Below are positions 23,057-35,190 of a stretch of 64,000 bases of DNA, one piece after another. Source of the stretch: Macrostomum lignano (Eukaryota). Both the position numbers and the translations under genes were made by a program. The notes beneath the pieces are model-generated. The model saw nothing but the letters and a program-made list of their open reading frames with translations. It made no database searches and was not told the DNA's origin. The stretch's first letter is position 1; each line of letters starts with the position of its first letter. The DNA lies in contig NIVC01003248.1 in assembly GCA_002269645.1 (NCBI GenBank), positions 11,161 to 75,160 on the forward strand. Reading direction: 5' to 3'.

Positions 23057-23535
23057 CTGCCATTCGCCATCTGACTGCCATTTGCCATCTGACTGCCATT
23101 CGCCATCTGACTGCCATTCGCCATATGACTGCCATTTGCCATCTGACTGCCATTTGCCATCTGACTGCCATTCGCCATCTGACTGCCATTTGCCATCTGA
23201 CTGCCATTTGCCATCTGACTGCCATTCGCCATCTGACTGGCATTCGCCATCTGACTGGCATTCGCCATCTGACTGGCATTCGCCATCTGACTGGCATTCG
23301 CCATCTGACTGGCATTCGCCATCTGACTGGCATTCGCCATCTGACTGGCATTCGCCATCTGACTGGCATTCGCCATCTGACTGGCATTCGCCATCTGACT
23401 GGCATTCGCCATCTGACTGGCATTCGCCATCTGACTGGCATTCGCCATCTGACTGGCATTCGCCATCTGACTGGCATTCGCCATCTGACTGGCATTCGCC
23501 ATCTGACTGGCATTCGCCATCTGACTGGCATTCGC
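23040..23535. repeat. 18-bp minisatellite (GCCATTCGCCATCTGACT / GGCATTCGCCATCTGACT), ~27 copies
   Basis: Direct tandem repeat with a polarized variant gradient. Confidence 0.97.
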
Positions 23536-24696
23536 CGTAGCCGTTTTGGCCTGATGTTTCACGAGTTTATAGACTTTAACTTGGCTACTGAAGATCAGGA
23601 AATGTCAAATAACTACAGAAATTCACAGCCAATGCATTAATTAGAACGTATTCATCAACTTGACTCACACGTACTGGTTCTCAATTGGGTACGTACTATG
23701 AGGAGGACATCTCATAGACAGGTGGTGTCTCCTCACCTCTACTGCCAACGGTTCTTGGAATGTCGCTTGAAAAATGAACGCAAATGAACCAGCTTTGCTT
23801 CTGCGGTGTAATTTGTATTCTATTTAAAGGAAAAAACAAAATATATTTGACTGTAAATAATCGTAAATATGCATTGGAATATTATTTGCTGATTAACTAA
23901 CTAAAAAGATATTACAGTTTTCACAGGTAGCTATTCAGGATCTTCTGTAAGTGCTTGACAGGATACTGTGATAGCAAATGGTATTTTACTCGTAGATTTA
24001 CATTCACAACATTCGCATTCACAACATTCACGACTGTGCTAAATTGTTACCGTAAAATGAAGTTATGCTTGAAGGATTTCTTTAACAGTTAAGACAAATA
24101 GGTTAGCAATTTCTTTGCTTGCTACTCTTAGTAACAATACAGTCATTTGCAGCAAGAAAGTACGACATAAGAACTAACAAATTTAAATATTTTTATTGGT
24201 TAGACAGGGAATGAAATTAGTTGTGTCGGTGTGACTAAGTGATTGCGGAGTGACTGAAATATCAAATGAGTGATTTTGGAACGGAGTGACTGAGATGTCA
24301 AACAAGTGATTGAACCGAAGCCCAGAAATCTGCTGTGGGAGCAGTCAGAGCTCAGTCCCAAGGATCCCCTGGAGACTGAGTGCACAGCGCACACATAATT
24401 ACGCTGATTGTCCCTTGACGACGGGCGGCGGGCAGCCAGGCCAGAGTAAAAGCAAACTTGGCTTGAAACTCTGCTTCGGGTCAGCAATCTGCAATCGGAG
24501 CCTGCAAGAGCAGAAGCAAATCGATGTCTGAGAGCTGCTGCTGCTGGGAGGCGATAAGATGGACCGAAGGCAGAAGTTAATTGCTTGGCCTGGAAATGAG
24601 TTTTGATTGAGTGCTGGCTGGCAGGAGATGCGCAGGGCCGTCACTGTCCCATGCTTCAAGTCAGTGCTTCAAGTTAGTTCCACTGAGTGTGGCTCT

Positions 24697-26079
24697 GTTC
24701 TAGATGTGTTGTAGGTCTGTTCTAGATGTGTTGTAGGTCTGTTCTAGATGTGTTGTGGGTCTGTTCTAGATGTGTTGTGGGTCTGTTCTAGATGTGTTGT
24801 GGGTCTGTTCTAGATGTGTTGTGGGTCTGTTCTAGATGTGTTGTGGGTCTGTTCTAGATGTGTTGTGGGTCTGTTCTAGATGTGTTGTGGCTTTGTTCTA
24901 GAGTGTTGTGGGTCTGTTCTAGATGTGTTGTGGGTCTGTTCTAGATGTGTTGTGGGTCTGTTCTAGATGTGTTGTGGGTCTGTTCTAGATGTGTTGTGGG
25001 TCTGTTCTAGATGTGTTGTGGGTCTGTTCTAGATGCGTTGTGGCTTTGTTCTAGATGTGTTATAGGTCTGTTCTAAATGTGTTGTGGGTCTGTTCTAGAT
25101 GTGTTGTGGGTCTGTTCTAGATGCGTTGTGGCTTTGTTCTAGATGTGTTATAGGTCTGTTCTAAATGTGTTGTGGGTCTGTTCTAGATGTGTTGTAGGTC
25201 TGTTCTAGATGTGTTGTGGGTCTGTTCTAGATGTGTTGTGGCTTTGTTCTAGAGTGTTGTGGGTCTGTTCTAGATGCGTTGTGGTTCTGTTCTAGATGTG
25301 TTGTGGGTCTGTTCTAGATGCGTTGTGGTTCTGTTCTAGATGTGTTGTGGGTCTGTTCTAGATGTGTTGTGGGTCTGTTCTAGATGTGTTGTGGGTCTGT
25401 TCTAGATGCGTTGTGGCTTTGTTCTAGATGTGTTATAGGTCTGTTCTAAATGTGTTGTGGGTCTGTTCTAGATGTGTTGTGGGTCTGTTCTAGATGCGTT
25501 GTGGCTTTGTTCTAGATGTGTTATAGGTCTGTTCTAAATGTGTTGTGGGTCTGTTCTAGATGTGTTGTAGGTCTGTTCTAGATGTGTTGTGGGTCTGTTC
25601 TAGATGTGTTGTGGCTTTGTTCTAGAGTGTTGTGGGTCTGTTCTAGATGCGTTGTGGTTCTGTTCTAGATGTGTTGTGGGTCTGTTCTAGATGCGTTGTG
25701 GGTCTGTTCTAGATGTGTTGTGGCTTTGTTCTAGAGTGTTGTGGGTCTGTTCTAGATGCGTTGTGGTTCTGTTCTAGATGTGTTGTGGGTCTGTTCTAGA
25801 TGTGTTGTGGCTTTGTTCTAGAGTGTTGTGGGTCTGTTCTAGATGCGTTGTGGTTCTGTTCTAGATGTGTTGTGGGTCTGTTCTAGATGCGTTGTGGGTC
25901 TGTTCTAGATGTGTTGTGGCTTTGTTCTAGAGTGTTGTGGGTCTGTTCTAGATGCGTTGTGGTTCTGTTCTAGATGTGTTGTGGGTCTGTTCTAGATGCG
26001 TTGTGGTTCTGTTCTAGATGTGTTGTAGGTCTGTTCTAGATGTGTTGTGGTTCTGTTCTAGATACGTTGTGGGTCTGTT
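24697..26079. repeat. 22-bp minisatellite (GTTCTAGATGTGTTGTGGGTCT), ~62 copies, just 3' of the GPCR stop
   Basis: 22-bp period, with 21-bp variants and higher-order blocks. Confidence 0.97.
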
Positions 26080-26166
26080 TCCCAATTAAGTCATTCGCCG
26101 GTTCAATACTGTAGTCAAAACCGCTTCAGCTGCTCGCATTCACTACACTGCTGTGCTGAGGCTGCA

Positions 26167-29100
26167 TCAGAGCTCAGTGATGGCCCCTGACTCTTTAGTC
26201 GCGACTGTGCTGTAGGTGCCACGTCGCCCCGACACGTTCATCCCGCTGGTGCTGGCGAGTTCGCAGCCGCCAGTGCTGCGGCCGCCTCGGCCACCACGGC
26301 CGCCCCCGCCTCCTCCGCCGCGGGTTCCATCAGCGCCGCGTCTGCGGTTTTTCTGGACGGCATCGCCGCAGCAGTTGCAGCTGGGCACGGCCTGGCGGAA
26401 GGCGGAGCCAAACGCGTAGACGGTGAAGCTCAGGCAGTGGTTGGCCAGCTTGGCGAAGCGGCACACGTGGCCGGCCAAGCCCCAGGCCTTGATGTTCAGC
26501 GGCGAGCTGCCGGACAGCCACTTGGCCAGGCGCATCAGCCAGCCGCCGGTCACCAGGTAGTAGGGCAGGTTGAACACCAGGAACAGCAGCAGGATGCTCA
26601 CGAGAGTTCGCGTCAGCCGGCGGTTCTGCGCAGCCACCTGGTTGGCGCACGCGTTTCTTGAAGCGGCGGCTGCGTCCTCCTGCTGATCCTTGCCGACGTT
26701 CAGCTGTTGAAGTCGCCGACCGACCGCTCGGATGAGCAGGGCGCTGGCCGTAGCCATGACAACCAAGGGTAGCACGGAGAACAGCAGCCAGCCGTTGGCG
26801 CTCCAGACCTTCCGAGCGCCGCGAGCTCCCGGCGACTGCGAACAGACGCCAGCGATGCGGCATCCGGTGCCGTTGACGCCGGGGACTTTGGCCGTCAGCA
26901 GGCGCGCGGTGAACACGGAGTGGCAGTTGATGGCAGCGCTGATGAGCAAAACGACGCCGACTTCCAGAAGAATGCGGCGGCGACTGCGGCGCACGGTGGA
27001 GCGGAGCATGCAGAGCCACTCAACGCTGACGGTGGCCAGCAGGTTGGCGGACACGCAGAAGGCCGTGGTTGGCAGGAAGTAGCGAAAGCTGCGAGGGGCG
27101 AGATTTTGGGTGGTGATCAGTCCATCGTACTGACCTCAAAAATCCCACCGCCCTGCATTTCAATGAACAATCAGGAAAAGTTTCATGTATCAGCTGGTGT
27201 CCTGAATCCGATGGGTTCTGTACTCATCGTCTGTCTAATAGCGGGACTCGATAGAGCAACCGCACCACTCTAATAAGCTCTGCTTCAACTTTTTGCTGTT
27301 CCAAGAAGGTTGGGCATTTCGCTAATGAAAAAGTCTTTAGTGAAGACGGTGGCAGGGAGGCTTCCGTCAAGTAAATCAGCAAACCAGTTGCTAGGCTGCT
27401 ATAGCTTGTATTTCCCTGCTATTTTTCCAGCAGTTTTCTCATCAAACGCCAATTTCAATTGAGGGAATTGAGCGTTGGTTCTACAGAAATGGACTTTTAT
27501 TCCAGGGAATGCTGCAGGCTTGAATTCAGCATAAACAGCTGCACTTTTCTCACTTAGAAAGTTGGCTTCAAGGTTTTATCAAGGATCTCGTTCAAGACTT
27601 CTGCAAACAGTTTACACTTGAAGAGTAATCAAGTAAAAACTGCTGGGTGGAACCTGTTGGCATCAAGGGTGCGACAGACACCGGCAGTCGGTGCAAAAAT
27701 TTGCACAGGAATTGGACAGCTGATCTGCCTACACAGATGGAACTGATGGAGATCTGCATCAGCACAGGGACAGACAGACATGTATGATGCTTGCACTTTC
27801 TACTGCAAGTTCAGGGCTGCGTTCGGCATAAACAGTTTGCAGCAGCTGCTGTACTAGGTGCTGCAGCTCCCCATTTGTCACTACTGAGAGGCACCGCTGC
27901 TTTGAACTGGGAACTTGTGCATGAGAACTGAAACTGCATTTAGCTGCTACCGCACTAGAAGGTCCATTAGGTCGTCTGTCTCAGATTTTGATTTATTATC
28001 ATTTTATTGCCAACTCCTGCCGCCGCCAGTGCATTGGCAAGCCCGGGACGCGGCTACACTGGCGGAATAATTTGCTGCGCGGAATGCTGCAGTTACCGGG
28101 GTGACTCCCTGGCCTTCTTTACGAGCCTGATAATGTACTTACAACCTCATGGCAAATGGATCTGCCTTCCATTCGAATGAATCCAAATCAAGTAGTTTTT
28201 CCCATCGCAAACGGTTTGTTTTGTGGCAATCTTTATTGACTAGATAAAGCCTAACTTTGCATCCGAATATATTTTATACATTAAACATTTGCAGGTTTGT
28301 GGGCCGCTCTTCCTACCAAACACGACGGCTTTCTGCTGCGGCGACGGGTGGGTCGACAACAACCGGAGGGCGGCTCAGCATGCTTGGCTACGCGGACAAT
28401 CTCTCTTTGCTGTCCTTAACTGTCGAGGGCTCCACGCGACAACTGGACAAGCTAGTCGCTGTTGCGGCGAGTGTCGGCCTGGTGGTCAACACGCAGAAGA
28501 CCGTCGGGCTATGCGTGCCGGACGACATCGAGGCTGCAACAAAAGGCGCAAAAGTTGGACAGGCGGTGGAGCTTTCAAGTTGTTGGCAGTTCATCTACCT
28601 CGGCAGTTTGGTTCCCGGCGTCCACGAAGATCTGCGGCATCACCGCGGGGTTTGCCTGAGCTGCCTTTCATTCTGTGAGGGCAGTCGTTCGGTCAAATGC
28701 CCTACCTGACCGCCAGAGGCAGCGGTCGAGACCGTCCTGCTGTACAACGCTAAGATCTGGACGCTGACGGACTTGCTCGAGCAACCAGTAGGTGGCCTGC
28801 AGCGCGCCGCCTTGAAGATTGGCGACTAGCGAACGTTTCCAATGCGACTGCACTGCATCGCCGCGCCGGCTGGTCCATACAAGCGACCTGTTGCGCCATT
28901 TGCGACTCAAGCTGGCAGGCCACATCATCCGCGCCCGCCGAGTCGCACTGCTTACAGCTGGTGCAGGTGGTTCTACTGAAGCTGCAGGCACCCTACTGGC
29001 GAAGACAGGCGTGCACTCGGCTGAAGCCGGCACCCCATATTGACGCGTGGCCTTCGTTCAAAGGCGACCCATGACTTCTGACCGAACATTTTGCTGTTTT

Positions 29101-31260
29101 TGCGCCATGCGGGCTGGGCTGGCTCTCACGGGTTAAGCTACTCCCCCCTTCTCTCCTTTGAGCTGCAGAAAGCACTCTGATATGAGAGCGAAACCCACGG
29201 GGAACCGCGCCACTGTTCTTGAACTGAGTCTGGTCGACTTTCAAGTCGATCATAGCTCGTATGGGGATGACGTTCTTTTTCTTCATAATTTCTTCAATTA
29301 TGGAATGATATTCCAGCTTAACTCTGCATTGGTTTAAACTGCAGAATCGGGTGATTAGACTTGGCTTGGGAACAAAGCAGAGTTTTCATCCAATCACGGG
29401 CTGCGTGGGGCAGGAAACAGATGAGCGAAGCAACCAATCAGGGCATCGGGAGAGGAGTTGGCGTCAGACAAACCATGACAGTAAAACTGAGGCAGTGAGC
29501 TGTAAAACCAGCTGAAACTAGTCAAGTATAAGTGCAAAGTTCTAATTTTTCAAATATTTCAATGGCGTCCATTTCTATTGTAGGGGCAGGATATATGGAT
29601 GCAATATTGCACGAGATGCCGTCGCGTTGAGTCGGAAGGAATTAGTCAGCTAAGGCGAATTGGTGCCGCAGCCTGGGAAGAATAGATGAGGGAAGTGATG
29701 CCTCAGGCCCGACTTGGCTGAGAAATGAGCCAGGAAGTCGGCCTGACGGAGCGCCCAGCAATCTGTTCTGGATTCCGGACTTTTCTCTCGCTCAGCGCAC
29801 TTCCGAGAGCCTCCTGGCCCCGTCTGTCAGGGTCCAATGGAGGCTGCGCTAATGTCGCCAGTTGATGAAGCACCCGATTTAGCGGGGAGAGATGCAGGGG
29901 GAACTGTTTGGCCTCCTGGCCCGGACCCTCTGTCTGCGATAAGGATCAGCCAGTTCAAACTGCTGCTCGCAAGTTTGGCGCGATCCCGGAACTCTCGGCC
30001 CTCACGCGCGCAAAAAACCGGAAGGCTTCTTGCGAACTTCCTTTCTGGCTGCTGAACCTTTCGAGCAGAGCTGGCCGCTGTATGTACAGTACATTGATGT
30101 GCTTCAAGTTCATGGCGCGGTGTAGAATCCAACTTTATTATTCAAATTGGACCGCATGAATAAAGTGAGCAATTTCTTACGAGTAAATGATCCGACTCAG
30201 AGTTTGGGAAACTGCTCACTTTTGATGAATAAAGATTTATCTCCAACTTAGAGCACATTCTCAGCCACCCGAGCAGCTGCTCAGTCGCTTTGAACCATAG
30301 ACATAAAATAGATATCAAAACTCCTTTCCCTTTCTTTGCGGCTCAAAGGAACGAGTGTGGCTCGCCTCGCAAGCAAGATCTGCCAGGCGGTAGAAAAAAA
30401 AAGCCAAGTGAATGAAAAAAGCGAAGCAGCCTTCTGTAATTATCCTCGCGAACGCATCCAGCGTACGTCGCTCCAAGCACACTTGCATTCGGGCGGGTGC
30501 CCTTTCTGCAACAAAATGAGGCACGCTAACAGAGCAGTAAGGTGATTATTCTGCTGAATACGACGATGGCCCGCTGAGCATGCCGCCGACTTGACTCGAG
30601 AAAATGCGAGCAAATGCTTAAAAATTTTGTCTATGGCCAGAGTTTCTAGTATCTATGCTCGTGCGGCCTTAGTGTTCAATAAACTGTCAAGTCATAGCTG
30701 ATCATTTGTAGTCTGCCTACACCAAAACCAGGGCATTTCAGAGTTCGTTAATCACATTTTTGCAGTTTATAGTCTTCCCAAAGAGCCCAAGATGGCGCTT
30801 GACAGAGCTCAGCCCATCTACTCAAAGCGCGCCAATCCAAACCTCAAGAATGTTAGATTTTTTTATATTCCCCGCAGCGCTTGAAGCCTCCAATTTTGAA
30901 CACGAACCCCAAACAGAAAACCCGCAGAGAAACTGACCGACACTGCATCGACGAGGTGGGGAAGACGATCCCCATGGTGAGGCAGATTTCTATCGCCAAG
31001 CTGCCGATGGACAGCAGGTCCGCCAGCGAAATCGCCAAGAAGAAGCTGAAGATTGGCGACCGCCGCAAGAGGCCTCCGCGGGCCATCACGCTGATGCCGA
31101 AGCAGTTGCCTGCGACACCCACCGCTGCCACCACCACCAGAGCCGTCACCACCAGCGGCTTCGACTTTTCAGAGGCCCACCGGCAGCTTTCCTCGGCTTC
31201 CACTGTGAGGTTTCCGCCTGACTCCGCTGCCTCATCTTGTAGAGCGGTGAAATTCGTCAT
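26167..31260 (-). CDS. Class A (rhodopsin-like) peptide-type orphan GPCR; exons 31260-30938 and 27088-26167 (414 aa)
   Basis: TM1 GVAGN, TM2 LAISLADLL, TM3 CRFRYFLPTTAFCVSANLLATVSVEWL, TM5 FSVLPLVVM, TM6 FLVFNLPYY, TM7 NHCLSFTVY. The phase-2 GT-AG intron joins QCR to FRYF. Confidence 0.9.
28300..29045 (+). mobile_element. RTE-type non-LTR retrotransposon, 5'-truncated and degenerate (RT C-terminal part), inside the GPCR intron
   Basis: LGYADNLSLLSLTVEGSTRQLDKLVAVAASVGLVVNTQKT, FIYLGS and ETVLLYNA, with stops and frameshifts. Homologous to 53945-54750. Confidence 0.85.
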
Positions 31261-32069
31261 TGTGGGCTGTCTGAAATGCAACAGTGGCGCAGTCGGAACC
31301 CAGCTATAGAAGTCACTCTTAGGCTGCATGCAAATGCAACTCACCCGCTGCGGGAGACTTTGCTGGTGCGTGGATTTTCCTTTCAGTTGGGCAATCCCTC
31401 CCGCAGCTGTTCCCCTATTTATCGTTGCTGCCTAAACAGAAATCCCAAACCGATGGGTACAGGATGAGCCCCGAGCAGCCAATAAGCAAACCGGAGTCGC
31501 CCTGCCCTCGCGCTGGAAATTCTGCCTTGCTGACAGCCAGCTAATCCCGATTTCCGATGCCGACCAGGGAGATGCTGCCCAGCTCCATCTTTTGATTGGA
31601 GTTTGCTCGTCTCTTTAGGGGCTCGGTTTGTCTTGCAAACACTGACCATCTGGCCAGTTTTGTCACCATGGGAACAGTGCGACAACAAAACTATCTCTAG
31701 TTCTGGTGAAAAGTTAAGCTTTACATTGTCCCCACTATGTAAGCAGGTTTATTTGTTACCCCCGCTCCTGGTGGAAAGCCGCAGGACTACTCACAGAGGC
31801 ATCGATCGCTGCTCCCCTTAATGCCCTCGAGTAAAATATTTGAGATGAGGCCGTCCGCAAACGAGAACTGATTTTGGCAACAGCCTCTGTTCTCTTCTCT
31901 GGGCATCAGTTCTCTGTGTAAAATAGGAATTCAGGTTGACTAGTGCAGTTTAATCATACACATCACTGTAAGAATGCCCAAGGGTTTGAAAAAGTCACGA
32001 AATTAGTTTATGAGTCACATCGTAGGAAAACTTTCTCAGTGAAATGCTGACGCAGAGGGGAAAGGGTTG

Positions 32070-32966
32070 GTTTTGCCCATTCTGTGCTAAGAGACATCAT
32101 ATCCGATGGTTTCGCCCATTCTGCGCTAAGAGACATCATACCCGATGGTTTCGCCCATTCTGCGCTAAGAGACATCATACCCGATGGTTTCGCCCATTCT
32201 GTGCTAAGAGACATCATACCCGATGGTTTCGCCCATTCTGCGCTAAGAGACATCATATCCGATGGTTTCGCCCATTCTGCCCTAGGAGACATCATACCCG
32301 ATGGTTTCGCCCATTCTGTGCTAAGAGACATCATATCCGATGGTTTCGCCCATTCTGTGCTAGGAGACATCATACCCGATGGTTTCGCCCATTCTGCCCT
32401 AGGAGACATCATATCCGATGGTTTCGCCCATTCTGCGCTAAGAGACATCATACCCGATGGTTTCGCCCATTCTGTGCTAAGAGACATCATATCCGATGGT
32501 TTCGCCCATTCTGCGCTAAGAGACATCATACCCGATGGTTTCGCCCATTCTGCGCTAAGAGACATCATACCCGATGGTTTCGCCCATTCTGTGCTAAGAG
32601 ACATCATACCCGATGGTTTCGCCCATTCTGCGCTAAGAGACATCATATCCGATGGTTTCGCCCATTCTGTGCTAATCGACATCATACCCGATGGTTTCGC
32701 CCATTCTGCGCTAGGAGACATCATACCCGATGGTTTCGCCCATTCTGCGCTAGGAGACATCATACCCGATGGTTTCGCCCATTCTGTGCTAGGAGACATC
32801 ATACCCGATGGTTTCGCCCATTCTGTGCTAGGAGACATCATACCCGATGGTTTCGCCCATTCTGTGCTAGGAGACATCATACCCGATGGTTTCGCCCATT
32901 CTGTGCTGAGAGACATCATACCCGATGGTTTCGCCCATTCTGTGCTGAGAGACATCATGTCCGATG
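32070..32966. repeat. 36-bp minisatellite (CCGATGGTTTCGCCCATTCTGYGCTARGAGACATCATAY), ~25 copies
   Basis: Direct tandem repeat, open in several frames on both strands. Confidence 0.97.
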
Positions 32967-33799
32967 GGATGTGGCTAAACGTTTCTCGTGTGCGGCACAA
33001 AATGATAGCTATTTTACAATTTACAAAACTAAAAAGCGACAGATAAGTGTCGTGGTGTGTGCTGTTTGTTACGTAATCGGAAGCATTTACGATATCCGCC
33101 ATTTATGCTCTTACTTTTGTAAACGCTGGCCACTCTGTTGTCATGCAGTTGAGATGCAGCTAAGCAATCCGAGCAGTCTTGGCGGATGCTGAACTTCATA
33201 CGGGAGACGGAACTGTGCCTGCAAAGGGAAATGACAAAAAACTTGATCCGGTTATTGCACTGCGCTACCGACGTCCTTTAATCAGTCTACACGCATAGCA
33301 AGCTGAAATAAATCGCGCACAATATCCGAAATACTCAGAGAGCACAAAACTCACTGGAGCGATTTCGGTGTTTCGACAGGCAGTTGCGATCGGAGCTGAA
33401 ATAATTCCCGAGTTGGGAACTAGAGAAGCACTTTTCTGCTCAGAGCGTGCACCAAGTTTGCTGTCTTTGCATCCGGTCGCTCGGCTAGGCTAGCGCTTGT
33501 AGAAGACTTTATTTGTCCCTCCAGACACGAGACAAAACTCGGGGCAGCTGCTAAAGGATATTAAGGACACCATTTTGATGTTTTTCCTATCCGGACTGAA
33601 CTATACTTAATGAGCGCTCTGTGTCCAGAGTGAGCAAAGTAACGCCTGCTCGGACACTTTTATACAAGTAAGCAAATATGGTTTTCTGGCATAAAGTCAA
33701 TTCCAAAGTTAAACATTTTTGTCCAGTCTCTTATTGAGATGCAGCAGTGCAGCCCGCTCTCCCGCACCCGTAATTCATGAGAGGTCGAGCTTGGGATGC

Positions 33800-33995
33800 A
33801 ATTCGATTGAATCCTAACAATGTGGCCGTGGATGAGCGAAGATTCTCAGGCGCATAAAGTCCTGGGGAAGGTTCTGCCAAGTGCAATGGCATGGGGCAAC
33901 TTGAAGAAGTCCCGGACATGCTCGATGGGGTTCATGTCTTGGGGGAAGCAGGGTGTGGTTGGGAGACTGGGAGTTTGCATTACAATTAGCAGCTT
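33800..33995 (-). mobile_element. Tc1/mariner transposase C-terminal remnant
   Basis: PQDMNPIEHVRD resembles SPDLNPIEHxW. After a frameshift, WQNLPQDFMR resembles the Tc1 EWxxIPQ motif. Confidence 0.5.
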
Positions 33996-34244
33996 ACGGC
34001 GATCAGCCGTGGCTGGTGAGCTACGCAAATCGAGGTACCGACTGCCTTAACGCGGGACTTTGCCAGCAGCCTTCGAATTTTGCTGCTCGCGTTCAACCAA
34101 AGCAACGTGCAGCCTCACTGATTGACACACCGTCTTCTAGCATTCCAACAGCTTGCCATCATTCAGCCTTAGTCATTTGCCGCACAAAAATTTTGCAATC
34201 GTGCGTGTGATTAGTGTGAATTGGACTAACATGTGGACGAACAG

Positions 34245-35000
34245 GAGGGTGTTGCATAGATTTGACAAGAGTGGCGCGACAAGTTACAAGTTGATTAGTG
34301 ACAAGCTACAAGTGGGCCTGATTTGTGTTGCTGACGCACGCTTGTAGATTTAATTGACAAGTTACAAGTAGATGGGCAATCAACTGTAGTCTATGGTCGA
34401 GCTTATTCCATGCAGGTACAAATTGACTGCATGATTTTATCTCCCCGCTAAGGTCTTCTTTGTTGTCCAACTATGCATTTCTTTAGATAAGCATGCCATT
34501 AACGAACGAAAACAAGCGACTGCTTTTATCTCTAGTTCGAGATCAAAAAAACCGTATTGTTTGGAGAATTTAGCGCCATTGTTACTAAGGACAAAAGAAT
34601 TGCTTGCTGGAAGAATTTCCTTGAATTTTTTAAAGGGAATGAATTCCCTTTCCTTGAATGTTCGGGGGCACTTAATTGGATCCTCCGCATCGGAATCTTC
34701 TGAATCCGAATCGTAAAACATTTTTGCTCAATGCATGTGATATATGCTTTCAACCGATTACAAGCTTGAATAGCTCGTGGTTCACTACTCAACTTATCAC
34801 ACTTTAATTTACTATGACACTAGTCAATATTAGATTCTATGCAACAAACCGCTTGTAGCGCGACTAGTCACTGTTCACTTGTAGCTTGTCGCCTACTTGT
34901 AACTAGTCAAGTATCTATGCAACATAAGTCACCATTCACTATTCACTTGTCAAGCTTGTAGCTTGTAACTTGCGACTAATCAATTCTATGCAACACCCCC
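34245..35000 (-). mobile_element. Non-autonomous TIR element, PIF/Harbinger-like
   Basis: Perfect 14-bp TIR GGGTGTTGCATAGA (34247-34260 / 34985-34998), subterminal ACAAGYTACAAG repeats in inverted orientation, and a flanking CAG/CAG 3-bp duplication. The internal ORF DSDSEDSD...PRTFKER resembles a Harbinger transposase N-terminus. Confidence 0.7.
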
Positions 35001-35190
35001 CAGAACAGAACTCCTTCAATCGGCTCGATGTGAAATTGTCTATGGCTTGAAGTCTGGCTAGCAAAAGAGGATTTTGGAAGAAGCTCAAGTCTGGCTTGAG
35101 CTCAGCCGAGTGCAGACCTGAACTACATACATAACATCTGCACGAGAGACGCGACTTCAAAACTTTGAAGAGTTTATACCAATAATAGCC

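Noticed and set aside
22815-23562. Minus-strand ANASQM and MPVRWR repeat ORFs
   Set aside because: They start at non-ATG or repeat-internal codons; the + strand robo exon explains the GC-rich unique part better.
27330-27800. Possible degraded transposase in the GPCR intron
   Set aside because: Only a vague PTxNS...RKLLEK resemblance, with many stops; not supportable.
32008-33192. Long 36-bp repeat ORFs on both strands
   Set aside because: The flanks are not coding-like and there is no splice-supported link to a gene.
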